Below, in pieces: positions 42,401 to 52,600 of a DNA stretch of 64,000 nucleotides. The stretch lies in contig CM022673.1 of NCBI GenBank assembly GCA_012295275.1, positions 24,924,001-24,988,000 of the forward strand. Direction: 5' to 3'. The position numbers were made by a program, and so were the translations under genes. Below the pieces are notes generated by a model, which was not told the DNA's origin, searched no databases, and saw nothing but the letters and a program-made list of their open reading frames with translations. The stretch comes from Chrysomallon squamiferum. Its lineage: Eukaryota; Animalia; Mollusca. Numbering within the stretch: the first letter of the stretch is position 1; every line of letters starts with the position of its first letter.

Positions 42401-43073
42401 TGCTAAATCCATAGCCAAGGACAAAGGCTCAGTAACAAACTCTCAACAAAGTAAGAGCAGGGCAGGTCCGGCTTCTTCCACACCCAAACCGACACCACCC
42501 AAAAAGCCAACCACAAAGTTTGAAAAGGATCTCGTAGCGGGTATATACGCCAACATGAATCGTCCAGATCTTCAGCATCAGAAGGTGTCGGCAGGTAGCA
42601 TAATAAGAAAAACAGCCGAGGAGAGTTCCAGCCAGGGAAGACAACTGAGTCGCGAGGACCGCGAGAGCAGCAGTGAGAGCACGAGCTCCAGCACCAGTCT
42701 GGACTCACAGCAAGGCATTGTCGTTGTCACCACAGGAAAACAGAGGTCAGGGTCTCTGACATCAGCCGACTACTCTGCGAGTGGTGGGAAGAAACCCAAA
42801 CCTCCACCTCCTGAACGACGGTCCAGTCTCCAGCAGAAGTCTCACATTGAGTCGCACGATGCTGCCATGTCAACGAGCACGGACTCGGTGCTGTCGCCTG
42901 CCAAGTGTTTGTTCAGCGAGGCTTCCAGCGCAGAGAAAACCAAACTGTTACAAGAGCAGCAGAAAACATTAGAACAGATTGTCTCCGAAACCAATGAGAT
43001 GATAAAACAGCAGCAGAAGTTGAGCGAGTCTAAGAACCCACAGAATGGCAGCGCTGGGAAACCAAAGAGTTAA
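3430..43073 (+). CDS. SRCIN1/KIAA1217: Spliced gene (whole span): AIP3/Bud6-domain coiled-coil adaptor, SRCIN1(p140Cap)/KIAA1217(SKT)-like invertebrate family member; 15 coding exons, ~1450 aa
   Basis: Manually joined GT-AG exons with matching phases. Family motifs recognised from memory: ERKREVFMELLAHRYPEYA, GFTRGGFSRSSLPIVRS..ERPLG..LVFLVYGDETK, RIDQMEAQLASLTAWV, DLEANVEELRSDV, EMEIVVNEEKFLKEEPER. One 1-nt frameshift at ~36833-36839. Confidence 0.88.
5175..5283. repeat. (TAC)n microsatellite
   Basis: Directly visible; source of the poly-Y ORF. Confidence 0.95.
6308..6415 (+). CDS. AIP3-family gene exon 2 (EKERKREVFMELLAHRYPEYADKISGHYSDSGYRPK)
   Basis: tttccag| acceptor, AAG|gtcagt donor, 108 nt, phase 0/0; resembles the conserved SKT/SRCIN1 N-terminal ERKREAFLEHLKQKYP motif. 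Confidence 0.88.
12008..12243. repeat. (AAT)n microsatellite
   Basis: Directly visible; source of the poly-I/N ORFs. Confidence 0.95.
16841..16882 (+). CDS. Candidate alternative first coding exon (MNSTENVIWRHYSQ) splicing to 28010
   Basis: ATG at 16841, CAG|gtaaag donor in phase 0, within a locally CpG-rich stretch (16660-16880) inside the 21.6-kb intron. Confidence 0.45.
20364..20652 (+). mobile_element. Degenerate tRNA-derived SINE (gastropod type)
   Basis: A-box-like TGTAGCTTAG and B-box-like GGATTAATCC head; body CAGCCAGTG...TATATTAAAAGCTGTGGTATATG...GTCTG...AGATCTCTT resembles a gastropod SINE consensus as I recall it; (TTCA)n tail. Not verified by alignment. Confidence 0.5.
20905..20973. 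repeat. (CA)n microsatellite
   Basis: Directly visible. Confidence 0.95.
21307..21387. repeat. (TC)n microsatellite
   Basis: Directly visible. Confidence 0.95.
23607..24057. repeat. Compound (CA)/(TA)/(TACA) microsatellite
   Basis: Alternating purine-pyrimidine tract; source of four spurious ORFs. Confidence 0.95.
26078..26613. repeat. ~64-bp minisatellite, ~9 copies (GTGTCTGGTGATTGGACATAGGTGTC...CAAAGTATTACATTACA)
   Basis: Unit starts at 26078, 26142, 26203, 26267, 26331, 26394, 26457, 26521 and 26558. Confidence 0.93.
27715..28000. repeat. (TTTA)n tract abutting the exon acceptor at 28010
   Basis: Directly visible. Confidence 0.93.
28010..28217 (+). CDS. AIP3-family gene exon (PRTREHQRRRTT...GFTRGGFSRSSLPIVRSASLSFERPLGDTL)
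   Basis: ccgcag| acceptor, G|gtaagt donor, phase 0/1; family GFxRGxxxRxSLPxVRS motif. Confidence 0.92.
28878..29076 (+). CDS. AIP3-family gene exon, AIP3 N-terminal domain (GLVFLVYGDETKKALLPNEITTLDTVRALFVRSFP...FFQLEDL)
   Basis: tttcag| acceptor, AG|gtaaca donor, phase 1/2; hallmark LxYGDETK...TVRALFVxxFP motif. Confidence 0.95.
29556..29724 (+). CDS. AIP3-family gene exon (RDIRDRTVLKVHE...ANRDK)
   Basis: ttacag| acceptor, AAG|gtagtt donor, phase 2/0; continues the conserved DIxDRxVLKV motif. Confidence 0.92.
30046..30547 (+). CDS. AIP3-family gene exon, Pro/Gln/Tyr-rich linker (YARSQSLPPH...VSDP)
   Basis: ttcag| acceptor, C|gtacgt donor, phase 0/1; in frame with the ORF at 30100. Confidence 0.88.
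31786..31975 (+). CDS. AIP3-family gene exon (YASHNPASNRHSLSF...PGDFET)
   Basis: tttcag| acceptor, AA|gtacac donor, phase 1/2. Confidence 0.85.
32750..32968. repeat. (ATT)n microsatellite
   Basis: Directly visible. Confidence 0.93.
33325..33560. repeat. (ATT/ATC)n microsatellite abutting the exon acceptor at 33568
   Basis: Directly visible; explains the poly-L N-terminus of ORF 33359. Confidence 0.92.
33568..33707 (+). CDS. AIP3-family gene exon, first coiled coil (KRIDQMEAQLASLTAWVHK...STSS)
   Basis: atttcag| acceptor, A|gtgagt donor, phase 2/1; resembles the SRCIN1 RMEAMEKQIASLTGLVQ motif. Confidence 0.92.
34000..34320. repeat. (TTTTA)n low-complexity tract
   Basis: Directly visible. 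Confidence 0.88.
34860..35200. repeat. Degenerate ~60-bp AT-rich tandem repeat (~5 copies)
   Basis: Recurring TATTTAAATAAAAAGATAC..CATACTTACATGATA..TATTTATATTACATAG. Confidence 0.7.
35255..35287 (+). CDS. Candidate 33-nt cassette microexon (TLGVERKVVVT) of the AIP3-family gene
   Basis: gtttcag| acceptor, ACAG|gtacaa donor, symmetric phase 1/1, stop-free in the required frame; TGCATG at 35302. Confidence 0.6.
36690..36881 (+). CDS. AIP3-family gene exon, coiled coil (MSDIPVSS...LRADLRSLRRMHQFNK / ESVAETMYNVLKQIK); contains a 1-nt frameshift
   Basis: tttcag| acceptor and AAG|gtattt donor. The exon is 192 nt but the flanking phases (1 then 0) require 191; in-frame TGA at 36848 unless one base at ~36833-36839 is removed. 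Confidence 0.85.
37398..37516 (+). CDS. AIP3-family gene exon (DVLSSVPSANSQVLRQHRTDLDTHQHEYVECRSKIGKEL)
   Basis: poly-T-cag| acceptor, TC|gtaagt donor, phase 0/2. Confidence 0.88.
37702..38245. repeat. 22-bp minisatellite (AACTTGACAAGCATTCAACCAG), ~24 copies
   Basis: Period 22 (37730, 37752...); degenerates at the right end. Confidence 0.95.
38444..38574 (+). CDS. AIP3-family gene exon, AIP3 core (DLEANVEELRSDVISRQCRVNMSDVEGMALVLSNITKALAELK)
   Basis: ttcag| acceptor, G|gtagga donor, phase 2/1; AIP3/Bud6 core DLExxVExLRxDV motif. Confidence 0.95.
39107..39182 (+). CDS. AIP3-family gene exon (GTFPSLQENMKKVMAGEMEIVVNEE)
   Basis: tttcag| acceptor, AA|gtaagt donor, phase 1/2. Confidence 0.93.
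39548..39631 (+). CDS. AIP3-family gene exon (FLKEEPERIEAELKRCKKLTGTLYTLK)
   Basis: tttcag| acceptor, AG|gtagac donor, phase 2/2; conserved FLKEEP motif. Confidence 0.95.
39725..40738. repeat. 23-bp minisatellite (GTGTTAGTA[A/T]GTTAGACATCCAT), ~44 copies, with 46-bp dimer structure
   Basis: Fills most of intron 39632-40761. Confidence 0.96.
40762..40909 (+). CDS. AIP3-family gene exon (LASVQEHRRPQ...LVLEHIRSMVPDHDSRLQRLE)
   Basis: ttctcag| acceptor, GAG|gttagt donor, phase 2/0. Confidence 0.9.
41559..43073 (+). CDS. AIP3-family gene terminal coding exon (504 aa; Ser/Pro-rich, PPPPPPRK SH3-ligand motif, C-terminal short coiled coil)
   Basis: tttcag| acceptor in phase 0, 1.5-kb open frame ending TAA at 43071-43073. 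Confidence 0.93.
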   Translation, partial: AAETSRERKKKIVGQQEALKMGKSLELATKALKPMIEGSGSGSGSSSENVSEPQGKDAEKANSARQGESGDGLVYEVIDSKEVKKDANVSLHDSKESARAAFFNTLSPPVSPRDPSLYRTTMDYTVRISPAKTVFCSDSNTVFTSSVSPTSVTSTALNLKSNSSSAAQDKRGNIEGGVAKSADVSPTRTKSAFSSIPQRTNKTGSSLTSGPVPGTQDKISPTHSGRKDDGKQKKIPPPPPPRKSSRLPTASVAGSGPGVMNGSAVSPVRPVSPKVSPTSDGAKSIAKDKGSVTNSQQSKSRAGPASSTPKPTPPKKPTTKFEKDLVAGIYANMNRPDLQHQKVSAGSIIRKTAEESSSQGRQLSREDRESSSESTSSSTSLDSQQGIVVVTTGKQRSGSLTSADYSASGGKKPKPPPPERRSSLQQKSHIESHDAAMSTSTDSVLSPAKCLFSEASSAEKTKLLQEQQKTLEQIVSETNEMIKQQQKLSESKNPQNGSAGKPKS

Positions 43074-45659
43074 TGAAAGCCTCTTCCAAACATCCTTCAT
43101 ACATAACTTCAGAACATCTTTTTATGATCTGGCAAAATGAGGAGTACTGATGGTGCATAAATATTTTAAACATTTTAAAAAGAAAAAGTGAAAGAAAAAG
43201 ATGGTTCTAAAAATGAGATGGTTTTCTCATATTTTCAGTGATATCAACAAACTACTGATGCCAAAGAAATGCACAGGTGATCTGTGATAACATCTTACAT
43301 TCATCTAATTCCTTTATTACAGATGATGAACGGCTTGTTTCTCTGGATTTAAAGGAGGATTTTAACAGTGAAGAAATTTATCAAAAATGTCTGGAGCATT
43401 TAACTCCACGACAAGGAATGTAACAATGGGCAAAACTTAGTTTTAGGAATATCCCAAGGAGAAAAAATGTCAAAAACTACATTTTGTTACTTTTTGTTGT
43501 GTTTCACCAAGGATGTGAACATGTCTCAGTTTGTTTTCTTTTCATTATACTGCAAGTACAATCATCTGGTGCCATCTTTGAAAATTCACTTTGGTGCCAC
43601 AGTTGTTGTTTTTTTTCATTTAATTAATCTTGTGTGAACTCAGAAAAAAAGAAGAAAAAATCAAGCTGAGTTTCATCTTTGATTTCAGACAAAGGATTTC
43701 AGTTTCACTGTTATTTTGTTTTTTAAAAATAATAACAAAAGTGAAAAAAAAAATGTTATAAACATCAATATCGGGATGATTGTTCATTTATAACTGATGT
43801 TGGGTTTCGTAGGTAACAAGAGTGGTTAGTGTTTTCGTATTACCAGAGGCTTTTGTCTCATGTTCGGACAGATGTGATAACAGACTACAAGTTCCTCAAG
43901 CTGACACTTTATTACAGACTACTGTGTTGAATGTGTACTAACAGTGTCGCGAGATCACATTTTAAAGTATTGGTGTTGGATTGTCTGTTAACCAGGATTT
44001 CAATGTGTGTCGAGTATTGCCTTACAACATGCTGTTCTGTGTAGTTTCACTTCAGTTTAAAAACCGTTTTCACAAACTCAGGGTATTATTCTAACTTTAC
44101 TTATGTGCTGAGATCTGTCTGACCAAACAGCAGAGTTAATACTGACGGAACATCGTTGTGTACACGACTGGTTGTGACGTCTCATGGTTGTGTTGTGTTT
44201 AACTGTCTCTGCAGCCAGGGAGCCTTACTGTATGTATTTACACACAAAGATGTCAGAGTTTAAAAAAAAATTAAAATGCAGAATAATAATTTAAAGAAAA
44301 GTATTTAAATAAAATTGTAGTAAAAAAGAGAGTGTAACACATAAAAACGACTAACAAAACAAGCCAGATATGTATTTCAGTAAGAACTTTAGTAATCAGA
44401 AAATTATATCTTTTTTTATTTTTATTTTCTCTCACATTAATGACCATAAATATTATTTTCATTTTTAATAACATGGTTAGAACTGTCGAATATTTAGCAA
44501 ATAAAAATTAAAAGATCATTGAATTTAAAAAATGGCAGTAAATACAAAGACAACATTAAGTGTTCCTGTTTGCAATAACGTGTTGTAATGAATGGTCTAC
44601 ATGTAATACTGATTGTTATTTAAGTAGCTTCCTTGTTACCATCTATGCATGTGAAGTTTTACAATCTTGTTAACGATGGGGGAAGAGCAGACCTACATTT
44701 CTTACTCGTATACATTCATCTTTCGCCATCATGGTTGTGACCACAGTTTTATACTGCATTATGTAAAATGCAAAATGTTTTATGTTTTATTTTGTGCAGC
44801 ATGTGAATGCGCGCGTTTACAGAAATAGCTGCCATTGTGCCTAAAGGAATTTTCTATTATTTAAAATACAACACAAACAGAAAAAAAACTAAAACGTTCT
44901 AATAATTGCAGAGTTAAGTTATTGCTATTAGATTGTACTCTAAAAAAAAAATGTTTAAACTTTTACTTTAACAGTGTTGTCAAAATCTGCATTAAAGTTG
45001 CAATCTTTTCTTTTCCTTTCAATGTTGTTTTTATTATTATTCAAGTTTTGATCTCCACGAGCTTCAGAAGTGTGTTTGTATATACTGGCAGGTTTTGTTT
45101 TGAACAACTTATTTTGCTTATTTGTCAATACAGGCTGCAATATTCTCACTTAAACACTTGCTATTTAAGGCTTCAAAAAGCTTGGCTTGAAGATATTAAA
45201 ATTTCTGTTGGTGATCACGACATAAATATTATTTTTTGCAACAACTTCACACTTTTTAGTAACAAGAGTAAACTTTTAGTTTATTTTTTTCAGATTTCAA
45301 AGAAATTAAAACTAAACTTACCTAGATCTACTTAATGTTTTAATTCACAATTATTTACTGTGGCAAAATTGTTTCTTCTTGCTTAATATTCATCCAAATT
45401 AAAATTTTATTCATTAATTATTACTACTACCACGTTTAATTATGATTATTTTGCTTTTTTTAAATCATGCTTGTTACTATTTTTGTTCCTTAAAAGTATT
45501 TCTTCTAAAAGCTAGTTAAATTTCACACAACATGTCATCAAAATCAATCTGGTTAGTACCTGCAGGAGTTTGAATCAGGTTGTTTGGTTTTTTGTTGAAC
45601 TCTTACAAAATTATAAATCATTTAGTAATATAAATTAAATTTTGGCTTGTACAAAAAAA

Positions 45660-45690
<31 letters not shown>

Positions 45691-46088
45691 TTAAAAATGA
45701 ATAATTATAATTGCTAAATTACCTACTGCATTTTGAAAATCATCTGGACCACAACCATTGTTTAAATTGAGCCATTTACAAAATGCATGTTCTATTAAAA
45801 TGATTCATTCTTTTATATTTCTGAAACAAGTGAAATTTACCTGTTTATTTTTGAAAGAATGTTAAATTAAATTTTACATTTATCTTACTGTAAGTAATCC
45901 TCATATCAATTAAAAATGAAACCCCTGATTCTCTCCCTTGCCCTGGAGTCTATGCAATACAAGTGGTATTCAACCAGACACTCACAAAACTAACAGTTAT
46001 CAAAGGCAGCTTGTATAATGTTCTCTTTTCTCTGAGCACATTGCACAAAACTCTTCTAATCATGAAACTTGTGCTGTTTGAGGAGTGA

Positions 46089-46094
46089 AATAAA
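46089..46094 (+). terminator. Candidate polyadenylation signal of the AIP3-family gene
   Basis: AATAAA followed ~25-55 nt later by a T/GT-rich tract (cttttgttttcatttgtgtgtggtgg); implies a ~3-kb 3'UTR. Other AATAAA sites occur earlier. Confidence 0.45.
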
Positions 46095-46258
46095 GAAAAT
46101 GTTGTAAGGGATACTACTGGCTTTTGTTTTCATTTGTGTGTGGTGGTGGGTGACCATTGAGTTTTTGTTACAGAATTTGCTGGATAGGACTAATGCCTAC
46201 CTCTAACACAGGAGATTATAAAACCAATAACACAAAACCAGAAATTTTGATTCAAATT

Positions 46259-46264
46259 TTTAAT
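46259..46264 (-). terminator. Candidate polyadenylation signal of PRKAG
   Basis: ATTAAA on the minus strand followed by a GU-rich tract (TTTCTGGTTTTGTGTTATTGGTTT). Confidence 0.35.
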
Positions 46265-47216
46265 TCAGCTTTAAATGTATTAACTTTTGACAAACATCTC
46301 TTCATGGATCACAAATGAGGTGTTTCATCATTTACAAAATCTTTTCACACACACACTCAACTAGCATGTCTTCAAATAATTCATTTCAAATATCTGTGGC
46401 TACAATATACAGTTCAAGGAAAAAAACAAACAAATTATAATCGTTTTTCTGTTGAACAAAAATACCTGGATGTCAATGTATTAAAATAAACTTATTTGTT
46501 AACCGTTTTTTTTAAATGAAGGGGGAAAAATAAAGTTTAAGTCTGTATAATCAATAAATTGCATTCTTTTACTAATTTCATTATCAAAATTGTGAATTTG
46601 TTTAATTTTTAAATTGAAAATTATCACGTAAGAAAAATTTTAAAATTTAAAAAAGAAAAATCCTTCTTAGCTGTTTTATAAGATCTGGAACATCACAATG
46701 ATGATCAGTTTCTGATAAGGCCTCTGCAATGAACACTAACTGCTGCTAGGCTCTCTAGGTATATGTGTGTGTATAAACATATAAATAAATATAAATAACA
46801 ATAAGGAAAAAATATTCCTGGATGACACCAATCACATATCAAATAAATGTCTCTCTCTCTCTCTCTCCCACTTGGACGTCTGTTATTTACAAAACATATT
46901 TACATTTGTCAATGGATAACAATCTCCAACATAACCACTAGCACAGGTTTGTACCTCTTGCTGGACACTTTATTTCTACACTATTCAAGCAAGTGTTAAT
47001 AAATTTCATAACTTAGTACTTTTGTACTGCCGAGTTCAAAACACACTAAAAAAAAAAAAAAGAGAAAAATAAGGCCCACATTCAGGATTATTAATATTAA
47101 TATTATTATTATTATAATTTTTTTTTTTTTTAGAGTTGGGACTTGAAAACTGGAAAAACAGTTCTTCAAATACAGAAAGACAGTCAAAATACAGCTACTT
47201 TTGTGTGTATATTGTA

Positions 47217-47254
<38 letters not shown>

Positions 47255-48792
47255 TTAGGTAATCTATATGATGGGTCCAGCATTCAACCCAGACTACTGG
47301 ATTAATGATTTACAGTGAATAATAATTAAACAACTACAAGATTTCTCTTCTTCTGAAATTATACCCTACCAACAAAATGGAATCAGATTCTTTCTAACAC
47401 TACTTTGTCTTCTGCAGTGGTCAATTATAGTTATTTGAGGAAACAGATAATGTAATAACGCAACATATATATAATCATAGTTCTATAATGATAATCAAAC
47501 ATAAAACTCAGAAACAACAGTACTAGTCATTTCAGTATATTTTGATATGTCATGATTATGAAATAACCTGAAGGTAAGGTTATTTGTAAAATATATAAAC
47601 ACTCGAAACAAACATCAAATCTGGTTTACATTCCATACCAACATGAACATTATATATACTAAATTATTATAAATACACTTTTCAGCTATGACACACAGAA
47701 TCAGTTTGGTTTTGTTGTTTTATTACTAAATCTTGCTGGATGACTTATTATGATAATGTATTATTTTATTATAAACAAATTTTTCCTAGTTAAACTGGTT
47801 TTCAGTGATGTTCTTAAACAAACAGATCCACTTGATTTTCTCATGTTTGTTCTGAAGTTGGAGACAGACAAAAGTTTCTGCCATACTTGTGACAGAAATC
47901 TTTTTTTTTTTTTTTAACACAGGTACACATCTTTTTTTTCTTACAGAAGTAATTTAAAAAATAACTAATAATAAAAATAAACTGAAAAACATATATAAAA
48001 GAATTAAAATAAATTGAAAAAAAAAATAGAAGAAAAAAGTAAAGAAAAAAAGAAAGAAAAAGGTATTACAAGCTATAAAAAGTAAGTATAACATGTTAAG
48101 TATTATTCATTACTGTTTTATCTTTTGTTAAAAATTATTTTAATTATTTCTGAATCAAAGAGTGGAATTGTATTAAACAAAAATAAAAAATACAATTTAA
48201 ACTTGGATCAGAACTGAAATTAACTTCATTTTATCCATTTAACAAATTTCTGAAGTTTTTAAAAATATTAACCAACTGAAAAAATATTTTACTATTTAAT
48301 TTTAAAGGCAAAAACATTCCATTACTAAAATAATATCATATAATTCATTTTTTTTTTTTTTTACAATTTACATTTTTAATGAAAAAAAGAAAAAATTCAA
48401 GTAATGAACATTACATTTGTGCGATAATTGTATTTTACAAATCACAAAAAACACTAAGACTGGACAAATCATATTTACATGTTTAATATTCAAACCACCT
48501 TTCATGAGCACCATCTTTTCAATCTGTTGATGATTTAAAAACCAAACACTCAATAATAACAAGTCAAATTTATTTTTAATAATATGACACAAAGATACAC
48601 AACTCAGTGAGTTCCATAAAAATCTTATGCTTAAAAATTACAATACATTTCATTTGATCGTGTGAGATCCAATATGAAATTTTTAAACAGAGAATTTTAC
48701 TCACTCAATTAGTTATTATCTATTATTATTATACCTATCTGATTAATCATTCTAACTTTAACTTAAAAAAAAAAAAAAAAAAAAAAAAAATG

Positions 48793-48826
<34 letters not shown>

Positions 48827-49410
48827 TTTCCACTGAAGCAATTTTTATTTTTTTCATTTGGTTTCTGATGGAGTTGTCTCCTCTTTGATTATCCGTTATT
48901 TAATCTTCAGAATTACTTTTAAAAAGAAAACGAATCAGCTCAGCTTGTAACTTTTTCCTCACTGTCTTGCTATCAGTAAACTCACAATCTTGTCTCCACA
49001 ACACCCATAGTTAACATACATTTTAAATATTTACTGTGTTTTCTTGTTTAGTGTAACTATATACTCAGATAAGAAAAAATATATTTCTTCATTTAATTAA
49101 TTAATTATTTCTGGCTGGATACCTCTGTGTTCAAAACCCACGAACACACTAAACACAGCCCAGCCAACATGAACAAGCACCATGTCAAGGAATCGGAGAC
49201 GATGACCCCCCATCATGATGTGGGCTGGCTGTTACGAGTAACATAGCAACCAGCTGCTAGTAGTCTTTGCTGAATGTGTTGCACATTGGGATGATGATGA
49301 TAAGCTGAAAAATCCTTGCTGGTTTCTCACTGGTGCCGTTAGAAACAAAATCCAGTTCATCTTCTACAGTGAATGATCACAGTTCTAGAATTATCCTGAG
49401 TATTTGCATA

Positions 49411-49430
49411 TCAAGATTTTTTCTCTGCAC
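49411..49430 (-). CDS. PRKAG: PRKAG terminal coding exon (GAEKKS*)
   Basis: tttattttgaactgatag|GT GCA GAG AAA AAA TCT TGA; phase 1 matches the upstream donor; resembles the PRKAG1-type GEKKP C-terminus. Confidence 0.65.
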
Positions 49431-49547
49431 CTATCAGTTCAAAATAAAAACATCTATATATATATATATATCTTCATTTAGTTAAACATGCTTCAGACCA
49501 TTTTTATATATTTATTTTCCTTCATCTTTAGTTATATATAATAATAA

Positions 49548-49602
<55 letters not shown>

Positions 49603-52600
49603 CAATAATAATTAATAATAATAACATATATTCATCCATCTTCACTTCTGAAATAGCAGACATAGATTTACTCTTATTTAAATGTAGGTAAAATATCTTT
49701 CAAACTTAACCAAACAATAATAATAATAAGATAAAAACAACAAACAAAAAATGGATGTTTAGCAGTGCCAATGCGATTGTCAAACAGCAGAAATTATATA
49801 AACAAATTAGAAATTACTGACGAGTCTAAATTACCAAGTATTTTTACACAGATTTATCTCCCATACAAAGTTTGGTTTGCAGCATTACAACATGTTCATT
49901 GTCAAAACTGAAACTTTCGCTAAGAAATATGATAATAATAAACAGCAGCCCATGTTTTAACTTACCCATAGGTTTAAGAACTATGTAGGTGAGAAGATCA
50001 GACAGTGTTTTAACTTACCCATAGGTTTAAGAACTATGTAGGTGAGAAGATCAGACAGTGTTTTAACTTACCCATAGGTTTAAGAACTATGTAGGTGAGA
50101 AGATCAGTGTTTTAACTTACCCATAGGTTTAAGAACTATGTAGGTGAAATAGTGTTTTAACTAACCCATAGGTTTAAGAACTATGTAGGTGAGATAGTGT
50201 TGCAACATACCCATAGGGTTTAAGAACAATGTATTTGATGAAAATCAAAAGTGTTTTAATTTACCCACAGGTTTAAGAACTATGATAAAGGTAAAAAAAG
50301 TGTTTTAAAAATCTACCCAATAAGGTAAAAGAACTGTGTAGGATGTGAAGATCAGCCAGTATTTTAACTTACCCATAAGGTTTAAGAACTATGAGGTGAG
50401 ATAGTGTTTTAACTCAAAGTTAGGTTTGAAAAATTTTGAAGGCCAGAAGATCAAATTTAAATTTACCCATAGGTTTATTCCTTAAATTTTTGAGAAAGGT
50501 CAGACAGGGAGAGAAAACAACTGTTGAAGTTTAGAGATTTTTTTTTTTTCCTCCTCATCAACCACAATAATAATTTTGAAACCTGAAAAACAAATCATTT
50601 GTAAACAGTTTCCATTAATAATTTAGAAATAAAAAATGACTTAAATGACTAAAAATAATAAATTATAATAATAATAATAACAAAATAATAATAACAGTAA
50701 TAATAATAATAAACAGTAGTAATAATAATGATATATTAATAATAATAATAATAATAAATAGTAGTAGTAATAATAATAACAATAAATAATAAAAATAATT
50801 AACAACAATAATAATAAAACAACAAAACCGACACTTACTTCAGCTTTGACAATTTTATCCATCACTGTCTCCAGTGTATCATCCTGTCTACACTTGGCCA
50901 CGCCTTCGTAACCCTGGCGACACAAAACAGTGAGAAAAAATACAGTTCTGTTATTTAGATTTTACTGATGACATCTGTTTACAAAGGTTTAATAGAATAA
51001 AAATCACACTGTCCAAGGAACTGCCACAAAACTTCCTTATTAACCCACCTGCCACTGTATTTCAGCATCCATTATTAATAATATGTTAAAAATATGTAAG
51101 AAGTCATTTTAAAAAATGCAAGTATTACATAACATTTATTCTAATTTTCTGAAATTTTGCAATTTGTATTGCTTAATCGAAAAGTCAGTTATTTCCATGA
51201 ATACAGTTTCATATCTAAATGCATTTATTTTTGTTCATTCTGAACGTATTAATCAAACATTCCTAATAAAAAATTAGTAATGTAAAATCAGATGTTACAG
51301 AAAAGGAAAAAAGAAACCATGACTTTAATGAAATCTCTTCGAGGTTCATAGAATTGTAATGTGGTGTCAAGTATTTAACTAACCTCTGTTCTGTGTTTGA
51401 GAGCCTGTGAAATGGTTATATCCAAGTTGTTGTAGGTTTTCTCAGCAGCAAGATTCTGATATAATAATAATAATAATAATATAAATAATAATGATTACCT
51501 GAGTACAAAATGACTTGTAATGTTTTTTATAATACATCATAAAAGAGAAGAAAAAACCCACTAATATTTGTGATATTATTTTTCAACTGATAATTCTGCA
51601 AAATTATATCTTTTCACTTACAACAATATGAAAATGGTGAAACTGAGGTGTTTTTAATATAACATAACATCAAGTTTTAAATTACAAAAAGGAGTAAAAT
51701 TAGATATTTGAACTTACAATGACATCGAACTTGGCATAAATATCGACAACTTTCTGTTCCTCATTGACTACTGGCAATGCAGATATTCTGTTATCAACAA
51801 ACAGGTTGAGAGCCTTGATCAGTGGTGTGTCTGGAGTTGTCTACAAGAACAATACAACTTATTATTACACTTCTCAACCATCTTTACTGTCACAGCTACC
51901 ACTTAAATTAATAAACCTGTACTATTTTATAGGTGTCACTATTACCACTTAAATTAATATACCTGTACTATTTTATAGCTGTCACTATTACCACTTAAAT
52001 TAATATACCTGTACTATTTTATAGCTGTCACTATTACCACTTAAATTAACATACCTATACTATTTTATAGCTGTCACTATTACCATTTAAATTAACATAC
52101 CTATACTATTTTATAGCTGTCACTATTACCACTTAAATTAATATACCTATACTATTTTATAGCTGTCACTATTACCACTTAAATTAACATACCTATACTA
52201 TTTTATAGGTGTCTCTATTACCATTTAAATTAACATACCTATACTATTTTATAGCTGTCTCTGTTACCACTTAAATTAATATACCTGTACTATTTTATAG
52301 TTGTCTCTATTACCATTTAAATTAACATACCTATACTATTTTATAGCTGTCACTATTACCACTTAAATTAATATACCTATACTATTTTATAGCTGTCACT
52401 ATTACCACTTAAATTAACATACCTATACTATTTTATAGGTGTCTCTATTACCATTTAAATTAACATACCTATACTATTTTATAGCTGTCTCTGTTACCAC
52501 TTAAATTAATATACCTGTACTATTTTATTGTTGTCACTATTACCACTTACATTAATGTACCCATACTATCTTATAGCTGTCACTATTACCACTTAAATTA

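Noticed and set aside
41717-42972. Antisense and alternate-frame ORFs within the terminal exon (and similar ones at 3644, 29969, 30145, 36607)
   Set aside because: Shadow ORFs of GC-rich real exons
49160-49232. SECIS element on the + strand (ATGA...AAG...TGAT) explaining the TGA at 36848
   Set aside because: Helix II does not pair on the + strand, and the TGA results from a frameshift rather than an in-frame Sec codon
49560-49650. Alternative PRKAG last exon at acceptor 49647 (EVKMDEY...)
   Set aside because: It runs into an ATT/TTTA microsatellite without a credible stop or donor; the 49430 exon fits better
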